Shown in pieces: positions 13,321-27,265 of a stretch of 64,000 nt of DNA (position 1 is its first letter; each line of letters starts with the position of its first letter). Origin of the DNA: Eledone cirrhosa. Its lineage: Eukaryota. A program made the position numbers and the translations under genes. The stretch spans positions 97,960,001 to 98,024,000 of the forward strand of contig OZ024740.1 of the NCBI GenBank assembly GCA_964016885.1, read 5' to 3'. The notes below the pieces were generated by a model. It was not told the origin of the DNA, ran no database searches, and worked only from the letters and a program-made list of their open reading frames with translations.

Positions 13321-16181
13321 TACATATATACATACATACACATATATAAATGTCATGGTCACCTACATAGTCTATCCCCAGAACTTGACAACATGTCTGA
13401 CCCATACAAGCATTGAAAATAGAGGTTAAACAGTGATATTGATGATAAGTAGGAGGATATAGGTATATAGATATGTGTGTATGTGTGTGTGTAAACACTG
13501 ATGCTGTATATATTACAGATATACATACAGACACATCTGCTCTTTATCCCTTAGAAATACTGACTGCTATACAGAAATTATTAAAAAGAAAACCTTAATG
13601 CATCCTTCACTGCATATTCTGAGAAAATTTTACTTCATTCATTTTTTTTTTTTTTTTATTAAACTTTTGTCTTCTTGTCTATGTAATTTTATTCATTCAT
13701 TTATATCTTTCTATGTTTTCAATATTGCTATTTCCCACTCTCTGAAGCAGACATAGAAAAAAATGTATTTTAATGGACGTTTCATATCTGAGTGACTTCC
13801 AACAAAATAGAAGAATAGAAAAAAGTAATTTTGTTTTCTTTTATTTCTTAACTTACAGAATGTTATTACAGTTGTTTCAAATATTACAAGTATTATCCTT
13901 GTATATATTTATATTCATTTTTTATTTTTCTAAGTTATCAAGAAAGAAGAAAGTATAAAAAATATTGATTCTTAAAAATTTTACAATTATGAAAATCTGG
14001 TTCTTTTCATATTAGTGAGTGTAATGGTTAACACTTTCAAAGAAGTGATTTTAGATTTTAAATACCCTCAAAGGAGTGTTGTTTAAAGTCTAGAAACAAC
14101 AAACGAATCTCTTTAATACTTTTGTTATCATATTTCTTGTGAAAACACTGATTTTCCAATAATTTTTAAAATAATCAAGGTTCTAGAGAGATTTAGCAAT
14201 ATAACTAACTTTTCTATTATTTCTCTAGTGTTTGGAACATAACTTAATGATCATTCTTAAATAGAAATATGATAGAAAGCTTTTAGCTAAATATGAAAAC
14301 TTTGAAATGGCTTTGTATTTTAGAAGCAGTGGAGGTTTGTTATCAAAGGACTCACAGATTAGATCCATTCTGATCGGTATTGTCTATATTTTCCAAACGT
14401 TCTCATGAACTAATTGTATAAAAGCTATTTTCTTGCTGGGTTGTAGATTTTAAACACACTTTAAAAGCAGTTTTATCTACTAGTTCAAACTGTGAATGTT
14501 TTTTTTGTTTATTATTTAGATTGTATTGGGGCACAAACTAATACTAATCTAATACATCAGCCAAACTAACCTATTTGTGATTTAGACTGAGAAAATATTG
14601 ATGGGTCTCTCAGGTCACTGTGATATAAAAGCTGATAGAGAGGAGCTTTTGTACTGGAGTTATATTCACCTTTACTATAGTCAACCTATTTATAATAACC
14701 CAACATTGGTGACCTGACAGGATTCCAGCATATATATTTCGGATATGACAGCTTCACATTATATTTCCACTCTTCTAACCTGATTCAACAAGCTTACATT
14801 TTTTCCTTCACACCATCAATACTCCACTGTTTTGTTACTACACTCATATTCAATCTTCACAATATCAAACACAAATGATAATTGATATACTTTTCATGGA
14901 CAGCTTTACAGAAGTGTATTAATATAGCTAATATCTCATGGTAATATAACCATGATGTGCAAGTGATGAAGACATTAAAAAACAGATGGAAAATAATGAT
15001 TTCTTTAATAGCTGAGTCTACTCTCAGACCAGCTAATGCTGGGATCACAGAATGTTTGCTCTTTTCTCAACTAATCTGCATGGCTGTCCATACTATCTTG
15101 CTGCTACCCTGAAACTGCTAAACTGATTATTCAATACAACTGATTATTCAATACAACTGATTATTCAATACAAAAACAAAATGTGCTCTTATGCCAGTGA
15201 TAGAAATCATTATTCATATAAACCTTGAGAACAAATAACAAACAAATGAGTGAAATATACCTCACAATTACCATGCAATGAGATAGAGTGTATAAATGAT
15301 CTATCCTGAATATTTACATCATCATAATGAAAGCAAAGTGATATAAAGCTCGTTCATGTTATCAGTATTCATTTTCAGCATCATAGTGTTTAATTTATTG
15401 GGTTACAACATACATTTACATACACACACATGCATATATGATAAGATTCTGAATAATATATCAAATTTCATAAAATAAGTATTGGTTACCCTGAGATTAG
15501 AGAAGAGAGTTGCCTGAGGTGCCATGCCTGCACCTATATTAAAGTATATATATTCCAAATATGTGCACACCTATAACGTAACCTTGAAGTATAATTAGGA
15601 TAAGACAATGTGGGACTGTGTTGATCTGACAAATTAGAGCTTTTAACATTGTTCCTGGTCAATGCCATGCTTATCCAGTTGAGAATAGGCATGCAGCATC
15701 CCTGCATTTCATAGGATGTGATTAAATAGCTTCATACCTTTAAGGACATCTATTTGTCAAACATTACCTTTAAAAAGACATCATAATGGCCTACCCCAGA
15801 AGACTAAGTCCTGCTCCAACAACGAAGATGACTTTAAAACACTTGTAGATCATTGTTGCTGTTTAGCTCCAGATCAAGCCGATCATGCAGTTCTGATCAA
15901 AGGCATTCCAACAGTAATCACATCTTTTCACAAATATCTAGGACTACATTATTTAATGTGTGCTTCATATTCCTTAGAGAATGGGTTGTGAATGGAGATA
16001 TATTTGACTGCTGTTTCTAGCCGATCAGGTGAACATACTTAATCTATTTCACTGGTGAGGTGTTGTTTTGCCTCAGATCAACAGTCATTGAGCAGACATT
16101 TAATCAAATGCATTTCAGCTACAACCATTCTACTTTTGGGGGTATCAATATCTAATCTATTTCTCACATTGTATAGATAAT

Positions 16182-16353
16182 TGTTTCTACTTTTTGGCAC
16201 AAGGCCAGCAATTATCCCAGTACATTACTGGTACTTTATTTTATCGACCCCGTAAGGATGAAAGGCAAAGTTAACCTTGGCGGGAATTGAACTCAGATCG
16301 TAAAGGGGCGTAACTATGCTGGAAAGCATAATCCAACCCTCCACCGATACTGC
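16182..16353 (-). mobile_element. tRNA-derived SINE with 15-bp target-site duplication
   Basis: Reverse complement of the 54520-54712 family. Flanked by the direct repeat cattgtatagataat at 16167-16181 and 16354-16368. Confidence 0.88.
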
Positions 16354-16544
16354 CATTGTATAGATAATGGTGTGAGAATTAGAGTAAATTGACTGATATT
16401 TCTAGCAGATCAAGATATTATTTAGATGCTTCTTCAATACATTTTTGCATAGACATATATAAACGATTCTATAGGCTTCCACAGAAACTATTACTTGTTT
16501 TGTAGAAAGAAAACGCAATATATACTGCACACATACACACACAC

Positions 16545-16589
<45 letters not shown>

Positions 16590-17046
16590 TATATATATAC
16601 ACATATATATATATATGTGTGTGTGTGTGTAAGAATATGTACATGTTTGTGTTTATGTATATATATGATGATGATAAATATGACAGAGTATTTTAGATGC
16701 AAACACAATAAAGTTATATTTATATTTATATATGTTTACACCTGATATTTCTGTAAAAAGTATTAGCAGAAAATAATTTTTTATAATATTTTTTTGATCT
16801 TTCATATTTTATTTTTATATAAAAAAAACATCAAGTAAACTAACAACATTTAAGGAAGAAGTAATAGTGGAATAAATGTATTTGTATTTTAGCTTGTGGG
16901 TAACAAAACCAGTTGCGACATTACACAAAAAAAAATAAGTGATATGCTGGAATTTGACCAAGTGATAGTTTTAATATTCTATAAACCTCTCTGGTTGAAA
17001 CTTATCAAAAAATTATGTCAGAATATTTCAGTTAATAGTTTTCGTG

Positions 17047-17077
<31 letters not shown>

Positions 17078-17460
17078 AAGTGATATTTTTTTACAAAATG
17101 AAAAAAAAACGAGATATCCTACACGAGTGAAATAATAAGGAAAAAAGATGAAATCGAAAATGCACCTGGTGTCTTTTTAAAAAAAAAATATATATATTTA
17201 TTTGGTTCCTTTATGGGTTTCGCAGTTCTTGTGCTTTTCAAGAGTAGAATTGAGATGGAGTGTTTGTCGTTTTTCTCGCATCTGGTTGGTGTTCGACTGT
17301 TACTTCTATTTTATATGGAAAAAAGTGGCTCGAAATGCTAGGTTTTTAGAAAAGTAATTTGGTTGGTTGATGCAGTCAAGTGAATAAGCACATCAACTTT
17401 CACGCCAGTTTGTGTTTGAATTTCTTTTTTCTTAAAAAAGGTGGCTCACAAAGGCTTTTT

Positions 17461-17792
17461 TATAAATTAAATTATGACTGACATGAGGAACAAGTACATT
17501 TTGCGCCCGTATTTGGGAATTACTTTTGTAGCCATTTAGAGAATTTTGTGCCAAACAAAAGATAATGGTCAAGAAAAACGTGATGGGGAGAATTGTTCTG
17601 GTTCAGTGAGTATGGCTGATGTGCTGGGGTGTCTATATTCAGACACAAAATTCAGGCACAAAATTCTCTAAATGGCTACAAAAGAAATTCCCAAATACGG
17701 GTGGGAAATTTAATGTACTTGTTCATGTGACACTCATAATTTCATTTATAACCACTCAAATTAGATTTCAGCACATCAGCCATACTCACTGA
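17461..17792. repeat. Interleaved double inverted repeat
   Basis: 17461-17552 pairs with 17656-17750; 17603-17626 pairs with 17769-17792. Confidence 0.85.
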
Positions 17793-17885
17793 TGATGATG
17801 ATATAGATGGATATATTGATAGATGGACATTATATACGGGTAAAATGTGTGTACATGTATTCATATATACATGTATTCATATATG

Positions 17886-18470
17886 TATTGGTGCTCTGAA
17901 ATAGCGATGTATACATGATTGTATGTATAGAATATTTGGCAATATACTGTATGTTTAATTCAAAATAATTTGAACACCATTTTTATGAGTTTTAAGTAGT
18001 GACTATGTCACTTACTTATTCTTGGCAAAAACAAAGAAGAGTGATTGACAGACAGTATGTTTCTCACTTGTGAGCATTTATCAAGACCACACATTCAGTT
18101 GCCTTTGCTGAGAGTTATAAAGGCTGGATTCTTATAGAATTCCAGTAATAATCTGGAGCTGATTAAACAGAGTGATTACTGAGGTTTTAATATTGGTGCT
18201 CTGAAATAGCGATGTATACATGAATATATGTATAGCATATTTAGCAATATACAGTATGTTTAATTTAAGACAATTTGCTATGAGCTTTAAAGCAGTGACT
18301 ATGTCAAATACTTATTCTGGCATTAAACAAAGAAGAGTGATCAACAGTCTGTTTCTTGCTTGTTAGCATTTATCAAGAAAACACATTCCCTTGCTTCTGC
18401 CGAGATTTATAGAAGCTGGATTCTTATAGAATTCCAGTAATATTTAAAAGCTGATTAAACAGAGCGATTG
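17886..18470. repeat. Diverged tandem duplication, period about 305 bp
   Basis: tattggtgctctgaaatagcgatgtatacatga occurs at 17886 and 18191; both units end gctgattaaacagag. Confidence 0.9.
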
Positions 18471-20525
18471 CCGGTAGCAAAAATCAGCGAATGCAACCTG
18501 TCTAGGGACCTAACAGACTGTACAATAGGTATCATGGATGTAGTGTCACTACTATACCCATCCATCAACGTTGGTTTTGCTGTGGAAAAATGCATAGAAA
18601 TGATCAGCAAGATTGATGTCGAATTCCATGGGATTGATACAAGTGAGCTGGGACTCCTACTTAAACTCATATGATATAAGGAATACCTAGACACACATAA
18701 CCTCAGCAGCCTCTTCCCCACAAGGCTAGAAAGAGGCAGGCCACCGACCATTAACTTGATGTCGAAGAAGACCCACACAGAAAGATGGAGTGGGTGGACC
18801 AGAGCCATACGGATCCCCCAAAACCATGAGGAATTAAAAGCAATGATCGCACATGCGGTGGGGGCCAGTATAAAACTAACCCTTAAGATACATATGTTCA
18901 AATTTAATGGCAAAACATATGCCCAAGAGAAGGGAGCAGCCAATGGTGTTAGCATTGCACGTGACATAGCTAACCTCTTTATGGTGTGGTGGGGCAGAAA
19001 ACTTAAGAAACAATTAGACGACAATTTTATAACCCTGACTATGTACTCCCGCAATGTAGATGACATATATATCATAGTAAAAACACCCCCACAGAAGAAC
19101 AGTCAGGAATTAGAGAAGAACACCATGGAAACCATCCAGCAAATAGCTAACTCCATCCACCAGAGAATTAAAGTTACTATAGACTACCCAAATAAACACT
19201 CTAACCATAGATTACCAGTACTCAACACAGAACTCTGGTTGGGAACTATTAGTAAAAAAAAAAAAACCTTTCTTCATATTATGCCAAACCCATGATCTCC
19301 AAATACCTGATCCACCAAAATTCTGCTGTTTCTGACCACATAAAAATCAACATACTAATTGCGGACTTAATAAGAAAGATGAGGAACATATCTCGCATGT
19401 GCAACCCCAAAGTATTTGAAAAGCGCATACAACATTTCATCCACCACATGCAGTTCTCTGGCTACAATCAGAGAGACAAGTTCAGGGTAAATAAAGGAGG
19501 TAGAACCAAATTGGCAAAGTTGTTGGAAATGTTGCAAATGGAACTTGCCCCATGTATATTAGCAAATTTTGGAACAGAATAGAAAGGATTATGAATAAGG
19601 CAAATAAAATAAACTCATGGTATGATAGTAATAAATACCAGCATGTAATGTTCGTCAATACATCCCCTAGAGGCGAACTAGCTTATAGATTTAGAAGGGC
19701 CTTAGACGAGCTCAAATTAAATATTAAGATAGTTGAAAGACAAGGTATTCCCATAAAAACCCAAATTAGCAAAATATACCCATGTCAAAGATCCCCTTGT
19801 GCTTATAGGAAATGCATAGTCTGCAAGCCAAGTCCGCAAACTAACTGCAAAACTAGGAATATAGTATATAGCATAAGATGTAATGAGGGACAGTGTAGAA
19901 ATGAAAATAAAATATACATAGATGAAACAGCCCGTAGCATAGGAGAAAGGATAAATGAACACTGGCGAGAACTCCAGGATGCGAAAAACTCATCAGTACT
20001 CCACCAACTTGCCAAAATAGAACATAGGGGCACTTTAGAGAACATAGAGATAAAAATTATATCCACACACAGAAAAGATGCAATGCTCAGACAAATCACA
20101 GAGGCAACAAATATAAACGAACTCCAACCAAAATTTAACAGAAGACATAAGTGGAATAGCAACATCATAACTAGTAATTAAGGACAAAATGAAAACATAC
20201 AGACACATAAAAAACAATTAACAAAATAAATCAGACACATAGATAGAACAAGCAACCAACTAATGACAAGTAAATAAACACATGAATAAATAAAAACACA
20301 CTCACACCCGGATGTAACACATGTGAAAACTAAACACACAACACACAAAAACAAGATGGTTTAGGACAGAACAAAGGAGAGACACAGAAAATAAAAACCT
20401 AGTCCCTGAGGAGGTCTCAGGATGTGTGATGAACAAGCTTTGACAATATATAAGCACCCTTCCAGTTATTGAACCAACCAACCAGCTGAAAACTTATAAT
20501 AAATTGAAGTGAAAACCAACAGGTC
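18468..20525 (+). mobile_element. Penelope-like retroelement (family P1, Neptune-like), 5'-truncated and frameshifted RT + GIY-YIG endonuclease, then pLTR
   Basis: RT motifs MDVVSLLYPSI, QEKGAANG, YSRNVDDIY and LPVLNTEL. Cys-rich linker and GIY-YIG motifs NIVYSIRC...YIDETARSIGERINEH...ITEA...FNR lie across ORFs 18468-20181. Confidence 0.9.
20402..20444 (+). ncRNA. Degenerate minimal hammerhead ribozyme in the P1 pLTR
   Basis: gtcc-ctgagga-ggtctcaggatgtgtgat-gaac-aagc-tt-tgac; homologous to 27476-27518. Confidence 0.55.
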
Positions 20526-21099
20526 AGAAAACAGGATAAGCGGATGGTTATTAATAATTAGAATACTGGAGAAGAAGGTAGCATACAACATATGTTAGTT
20601 ATTAGAGAAATCAGAACAAGAAATCTGAAGGAAGAGAGTATGGAAACTAATAGACCTCTGTTAAATATAGAATCACAGAAAACTTCTACAGAATACATAG
20701 TGCAAGATAGAGGAAAAGTTAGACTTAGAGAAGTCAACTGTAAGTTTCTATGAGACAACCAACTGCAGGCTACTGTCAAGAACTGTGGCTGAGCAAAGCA
20801 GCTGTCAGACAGATATTGACATGGTGGTGGACAGTGCTGTTAAAGACAAAACGTAGAAAGACTGAAAAAGTGTGTGTGAGAGGGGGAAGGCATCAAACAT
20901 CAGTACAAGGTTGCTAAAACAAAATGATATACCAGCACCTATTTGTTTGCATTGTATTTCTCTATGGGTTTCCTTGTCGTCTTTGAGGACTGCACACATG
21001 GAAATTATATAAGGCATTGTACAATAGGTAAACTGTTTAACGTGAGACAGTTTGCTGCCCAAACAACAATGTTTATTCTTTAAATCATGAATTATTATG

Positions 21100-21880
21100 T
21101 GTAAGGATTGTGATCTTGTTGTTCATCCTCAGATTGACATGCAACATCTGTTGGATTCTTTTTTGAAAGCATACAGTATGTTGGTTCTGAGAATCAATCT
21201 GGCCAAGATGGTTATCATGTATCAACCTACTCTGAACAAGGGCTTTACTGAGCCAAGCATGTGAATGGAAAATTTGAAAGTTGTGGATTAATTTGTTTAT
21301 TTATGCAGCACACTTAACATGACAAACCCCCTTGATGATGAAATATCTTTATACATATAGAAAGAAAGTAATTCATTTGGCAAATTAGCTGCACATCTCT
21401 GGTGTCAGCATGGAATTTCCATTCATAAAAAGCTAAAGGTGTACAGAACATGTATGATATCTTTATTGTTGTAAGCATGTGAAACTTGGGCAACACTTCA
21501 CCAAAATATAAAAATGTTTGAATATTTTCACGAACAGTCTCTTCACCATATACTCTGCGTCCATTGGCAATCACATAAGAGTAATATTGATGTGCTGGAA
21601 CAAATTCATTTTGAAAGAATTGAATCTCTTGCTCGTAATTTAACTTAGATTGTGCCATGTTGTAAGAATGCCAAATCATTTTATTCCTAAACAGTTTCCA
21701 TACGGGGAGTTAGTCAAAGGCAAATGACCATGACATAAATCAGAATTCATGTATAAAAACTGCATCAAAAGAGGTTTAAAGAAGACAGAAATGTGAAAAG
21801 ATAACTGGGGAGACATTGTCTTAAATCAATCATCTTCGAAGGAATCAGTGTTTAATGGGAAACAAGAATTCCTAAAATTT
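21100..21880 (+). mobile_element. Highly decayed BovB-like RTE fragment
   Basis: Translates to DCDLVVHPQIDMQHLLDS..., VIMYQP and IPKQFPYGELVKGK, homologous to ORF 35723-36934. Confidence 0.75.
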
Positions 21881-22504
21881 CATGCTGAGCATGAAAAATT
21901 AAACAGGCATTGGCATAAATGTTTGCATGATATTTGGAAGCTCAAAATAATTTTGTGTTGCACGTTTGCCTCAATAAATCTGATTGTAATATCAGAAGAA
22001 AAATCATGTAGAAAATGTTGTTGATTATGATCATTTTGACAATGCTCCATGTAAGGAATCTGGAAAACAATGTACATCAATTAGTAAACAACAGCATCAA
22101 TTGAAAGTTCCCCAAAATAAAACAGGGAACCAAAGTGTTAGAAACGTTCATTAATACACCATATGCCAAAATGAATATTAGTCCTTGGCAGGGCTAACAT
22201 ATCATGTTCATGCCACTTGTGTGAGAAAAGAATCAAGTAATGGCAGTTTTTGAAATTTAGATACAGCCATCAGGTATGTATGTATGTTCTGGTTTTATCA
22301 TTTTATACATTTTTCCCAGCAGAGAGAGAGTCAGTTTCTAACATAGTTACAAGACTATTTCATTGGAATTTAAACAACATTAACAAGGTATATATGTATG
22401 TATTTCTGCATACATGCATGTTTGTGCAGGTATGGATGTTATTGTATGTGTGGATGTGCATATGTTTTGTATCTGTACATGTGTACATCCAATTATTAAA
22501 TGCA

Positions 22505-22823
22505 GAATTTTGGGAATGTTTTACATGTTTTAGTGTTCCAATAATGGATTGTACTTGTAATTTCCTAACAAGTTGTGTTTTTCTGGTTCTCTGAAGCCCA
22601 GCTCCTCAAGATTTGTACTGGGGCAGTTACTAACATATCCCAGTGCCCCAATAATTACTGGTATAAATCTGAAGCAATAGTCACGGTGGAGTATCTGCAG
22701 ATTCCTCATTAGTTCTGCATAGATATTCTCCTTTTCACTAATCTTTAATATTATATTGGCATCTATTGGGCATACAGAAGTGATGGCAACATTAGTGGAC
22801 CTGTTATTTTTCTCTAAAAACAT
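22505..22823 (-). mobile_element. 3' fragment of an RLE-encoding non-LTR retrotransposon (R4/NeSL-like)
   Basis: ORF 22530-22823 (VCPIDANIILKISEKENIYAEL...IPVIIGALG) fits a restriction-like endonuclease C-terminus. Confidence 0.7.
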
Positions 22824-22876
22824 TTTTTCCTGATTCCGCCCTGCCGTCCCTTCAATCTTTCTAATTTCTCATTGTT

Positions 22877-22912
22877 TCTTCTGATGAAAGACTAGCATCA
22901 GACACGTTAAGA
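22877..22912 (+). ncRNA. Decayed minimal hammerhead (pLTR-type)
   Basis: tctt-ctgatga-aagactagcatca-gaca-cg-tt-aaga. Stem I tctt/aaga is intact, GAAA is mutated to GACA, and stem II is weak. Confidence 0.4.
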
Positions 22913-23001
22913 CCCTCTTCCTCCTATTTCAAGCGTTAACCTAATATATTACTTCCATATACTGTACTGATTGTGTTTTTATTTCTTTTTCCTTTTTACA
23001 G

Positions 23002-23050
<49 letters not shown>

Positions 23051-24199
23051 TGTGTGTGTGTGTGTGTTTGTCTGTGTGAATGTGAGTGTGTGTGTGAATG
23101 TGAGTGTGTGTGTGTGAGTGTGAATGTGAGTGTGAGTGTGTGTGTTTATGCCTATGATAGACAGAGGAAAAGATTGAAAGGGGTTTAGAATATGATATAT
23201 CATATGTTCTTTGAGGTTAAACATTTACATGTTTGTGTAAGTGCTTGTCTGAGTGTTTGTGTATCTACGTTTCTTTAGTGAATTCTGGTGTTGGCGTTTG
23301 TAAATGTGTATGGTGCTGGTATAAATAAATAGTTGAGAATTTAGTATTGTAAGTATCTTCTAACATAATTTCAGTAGTCAAACTAGGTAGACAAAAATTG
23401 TATAAATGCCATAAGATGGATTGTACTTATAATTAAAAAAGCAGTTTGTTCATGCACATATTGTTACTTTGTCTCAATGGTGTTATAGTATTTTTGGATG
23501 TTTTACGTGATTTTAAATGATGGTAGTTAATGGGAGAAGAACAGCAATTTGCAACATTTCTTTCCAAGGTTAAATTTGCCTTTCATCATTTCAGGGTCAA
23601 TAGAATAAAATACATCTCCTGGGTAGATTGGAGAAATTGTTCATTTTGAAGTGTTTCTCCATGCCCTTTGTCGTTTTTATTTCTTCAGTGGTAAACTTAA
23701 TCCATCCACCAGTTTAGCATCATCACCTGGCTGTTGGGTGATTTAGTAGAGTTCACTCTGTGGCTCAATGTTGACCTGAGAAGAATTACAGATGTGAAAA
23801 AATAAAACAGTTCTTTTATCATTACTGTTGCAAGTTTGATAGACATAATTGTTTGCATATGAGATTAAAATAAGACTGAAACATGTCCTTGATAAGATGG
23901 TGGTGAAACGGATAATAGTCATTTATCAATATTGTATTGTCTTCATTTTCTTTCGTTTTCATTGTATTATGTTTTCTTATTGGATTATTGATACTCCATG
24001 CCTTAAAAACATTAAGAAAGCATTAAGGACAGCACAGGATGATACAGTGTGGGTTTTAACATCTAAATATTTTATCGAAAATAATGAAAATTATAAAATT
24101 CAAACAGAAACAAAATCCCTACTTGTGGAGAAAGGCCACAAAAAGACATGGTCACCATGACTGCTAGGGCAAGTGACCCCTTCAGTTGTCTTCTTCCAA

Positions 24200-25400
24200 T
24201 CTATAGGTGCATACTCAGACAGCCCAGTTCTCTCAGGCCATGGTTGCCATCTCACCCACCTTTCAATAAACTGGTTGGAAGGTAGCACTTCCCTCTCCAC
24301 TCTGATTTCCCTCTCCAATTAAAACTTGAAAAGGTTAATTAGGGCTTTGCCGAAGAGAATATGATTGTCTGCAAAACCGTTTCAAATGTGTCCAACAAAC
24401 GACATATTTTGCCATTAACACCTGGTAAACTGCCTGTCCTTTTCAACTAAAGAAAGGAGGTGGGAAGATCCTCACAATGGATTCAGCTGAGAGTCAGATT
24501 CGTTCTACTAATAACTGCAAGTGTTTGGCCCACAAGTTAGCAATACTTGTACACTGGATGAGTGGATGCAGGATAGTTTCTTCCTCCTGAATGCATCTTG
24601 GACAAGCCTTGTAGACTGCATTTTGATGCCTGCAGTATTTATCTCAAACCAGAGATACTGAAAAGTTAGCCATGGGCCCTAGCGTGAAAGTCCTCCATGA
24701 AAGAGTGCTTAGTTAATTTACTTTGATGTCCAATATCTTCCTCAAAACATCTCTTTTACCCACCATGAACCCTCTACAGTACACTAAGGAGGAGTTTCAA
24801 CCAATTGTACTGTTCTATTGGTAGAGGAATATTAGAGCTTGAGGGCATTCCAGTTTCCAAGTGTTCCTTTTAGTATTCACTTGACCCTGGATGGAAACAC
24901 CATCAAAAGGATGAGCTAGGAAAAATATGTTTAGTGAATAGTGATCACACCTGTTATGGAAAAGCTGGAGATGTCATAGATTCAGCAGATATTTGCGCAC
25001 TATCAACCATGGCACCCCAGTCCTCCACACAGAAGGGGTTGACAATAAATCGACCATCTGATCATTGGCACACATCCCTTCCACAAAAAGCAAAAGAGCA
25101 AATATTTCAGTGCTGTCAGACGAGGACAAGACACAACTATACCTGGTGAGAGTGACCATTCAGCTCATTACCGCATCTCAGGTTTTGTCTGTTTGGAAAC
25201 CTAGATAAAACCAGATTCCAAACCATTTAACAGTCTGTCCGTTCAGTGTCTGACAGCTGAGTTGGATGGCATGGATTTGTCTTTCCACATGCTGAGCTGC
25301 AGGCACATCAACTTTTCTTGGTTAATTATCAATCCAGTTATTACTATATACTTCCTGAGAGCAGTGCCGGTCATCACATTGCATTTGGTAGTTGACACCA
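24200..25400 (-). mobile_element. Decayed L1/Tx1-clade LINE 3' fragment
   Basis: Minus-strand translation gives IINQEKLMCLQLSMWKDKSMP, a zinc knuckle ACPRCIQEEETILHPLIQC, and a terminal IRVEREVL...FIERW. Confidence 0.7.
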
Positions 25401-25509
25401 CCACTACAGTGTTTGACAGAAATGTTTTTATTAAAGAGAATGAAGTCCAAAGTCAACCTTACCAGGAACTTATTTCTAGCATAAGGAAAGGGCCAGTAAT
25501 TTAGCAAAA

Positions 25510-25690
25510 GATAAAGCAAGAGAGAAACAGCTAATTATATCTGCTGTAGTAATTGACTGGTAATTTATATTTTAACAGCCCCAGAAGGATAAAGGCAAAG
25601 TTGATCATGGTAAGATTGAATTAAGAATATAAAGAATCAGAACAAATTCTCCAAGAGCCTTTGTCCAATACACGTGTTATTCTGCCAATA
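25510..25690 (-). mobile_element. Degenerate tRNA-derived SINE
   Basis: ccccagaaggataaaggcaaagttga...ttctgccaa is the reverse complement of the SINE core. Confidence 0.55.
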
Positions 25691-26185
25691 TTAATGACTG
25701 ATAACAAGAGTTTTACCTCATTACTGAAAACAGTTCTTCACTTGGTGCCAAAAAGATAGTGAAAAGACTTAGATAAACAGTGATTTAGCGGCAAACCGTA
25801 CATAAAAAGAGGAAATTGAGGGAGTTCCCTTAAAAACAAAGTGGCAGAGGATAAAACACTGGAGATCTCTTGAAATCACAGCCGATATACAGGAAGTGGA
25901 ATAAATAATAATAAAATATGTTTTATACAATGTATATTTATTTTTGGTTACAATCTGATGTTCTATGAATTCAAAGCGCTGGCAAGAGAAATGTAGTTGG
26001 TGTTGAAAAAGAAATCAGCATTTTGTTCTACATTTGCTACCTGAAACCTTTCTACATTCAAAATGTCACAACATTTTCCAATAACACATTATAATTGTAT
26101 AATATATATTAACGATAAACAAAAAAAAAGATCTTAATGTTTTTTTTATTCCTATTTATTTATCATTATGCTAGAAAATTGATAT

Positions 26186-26234
<49 letters not shown>

Positions 26235-26274
26235 TGATAGTGTGGATGTTTGGGTGTGTATATTTGTGAGTCTG

Positions 26275-26314
<40 letters not shown>

Positions 26315-26559
26315 TAGACGTATTTAATTTGTTGGAAGTCCGACAAACATAAATGTTTATAACTGATTTAGAGCACTCAACAGTTTACTGGAGTAAATAT
26401 TCAATGATATTAAATAAATGGAAACTATATTTATAAAAGCATATTATTTTATTATATACATTTCAAGGGCAACCAAGACAAAAATGGTACGCATTCATCA
26501 GATAAAATACAAAGTTTGTTTTATAAAAAGAGATGTACACATGAAAATCATACCTTATC

Positions 26560-26914
26560 GGTTTGAAATTATATATATATATATAATTATATATATATAA
26601 ATATATATATATATGTACAAATATATATGTACATATACGTACAGGTATAAATATATAATATACATACAAATATATATATACATATATATGTACATATACA
26701 CATATACATACATATCATATATATCATACATATATAATTATATATATATATAAATATATACATATATGTACGATATAAATATATACATATATGTACAAAT
26801 ATATATGTACATATACGTACAGGTATATATATATAATATACATAAAAATATATATATAAATATATATATACATATACACATATACATACATACATACATA
26901 TATATATAGATACA

Positions 26915-26950
<36 letters not shown>

Positions 26951-27114
26951 CATACATGCATATGCATGCATATATATATACATATATATATACATATATA
27001 TATACATACATATATATACATACAAGTATATATATATAATATACATAAAAAAATAAATATACATATACACATATACATACATATATATATATATACATAC
27101 ATATATGTACATAC

Positions 27115-27151
<37 letters not shown>

Positions 27152-27185
27152 CATACACATATACATACATGCATATACATACATA

Positions 27186-27240
<55 letters not shown>

Positions 27241-27265
27241 ATACATACATATATATATATACATA
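26560..27265. repeat. Compound (TA)n/(CATA)n microsatellite
   Basis: Seen directly. Confidence 0.95.

Noticed and set aside
15121-15172. Three copies of a 17-bp unit (and a 39-bp-period duplication at 4201-4263)
   Set aside because: Ordinary local slippage duplications.
17160-17250. Minus-strand ttgaaaa-gca...tgc-gaaa-ccc hammerhead variant
   Set aside because: No convincing stem III closure or stem I partner.
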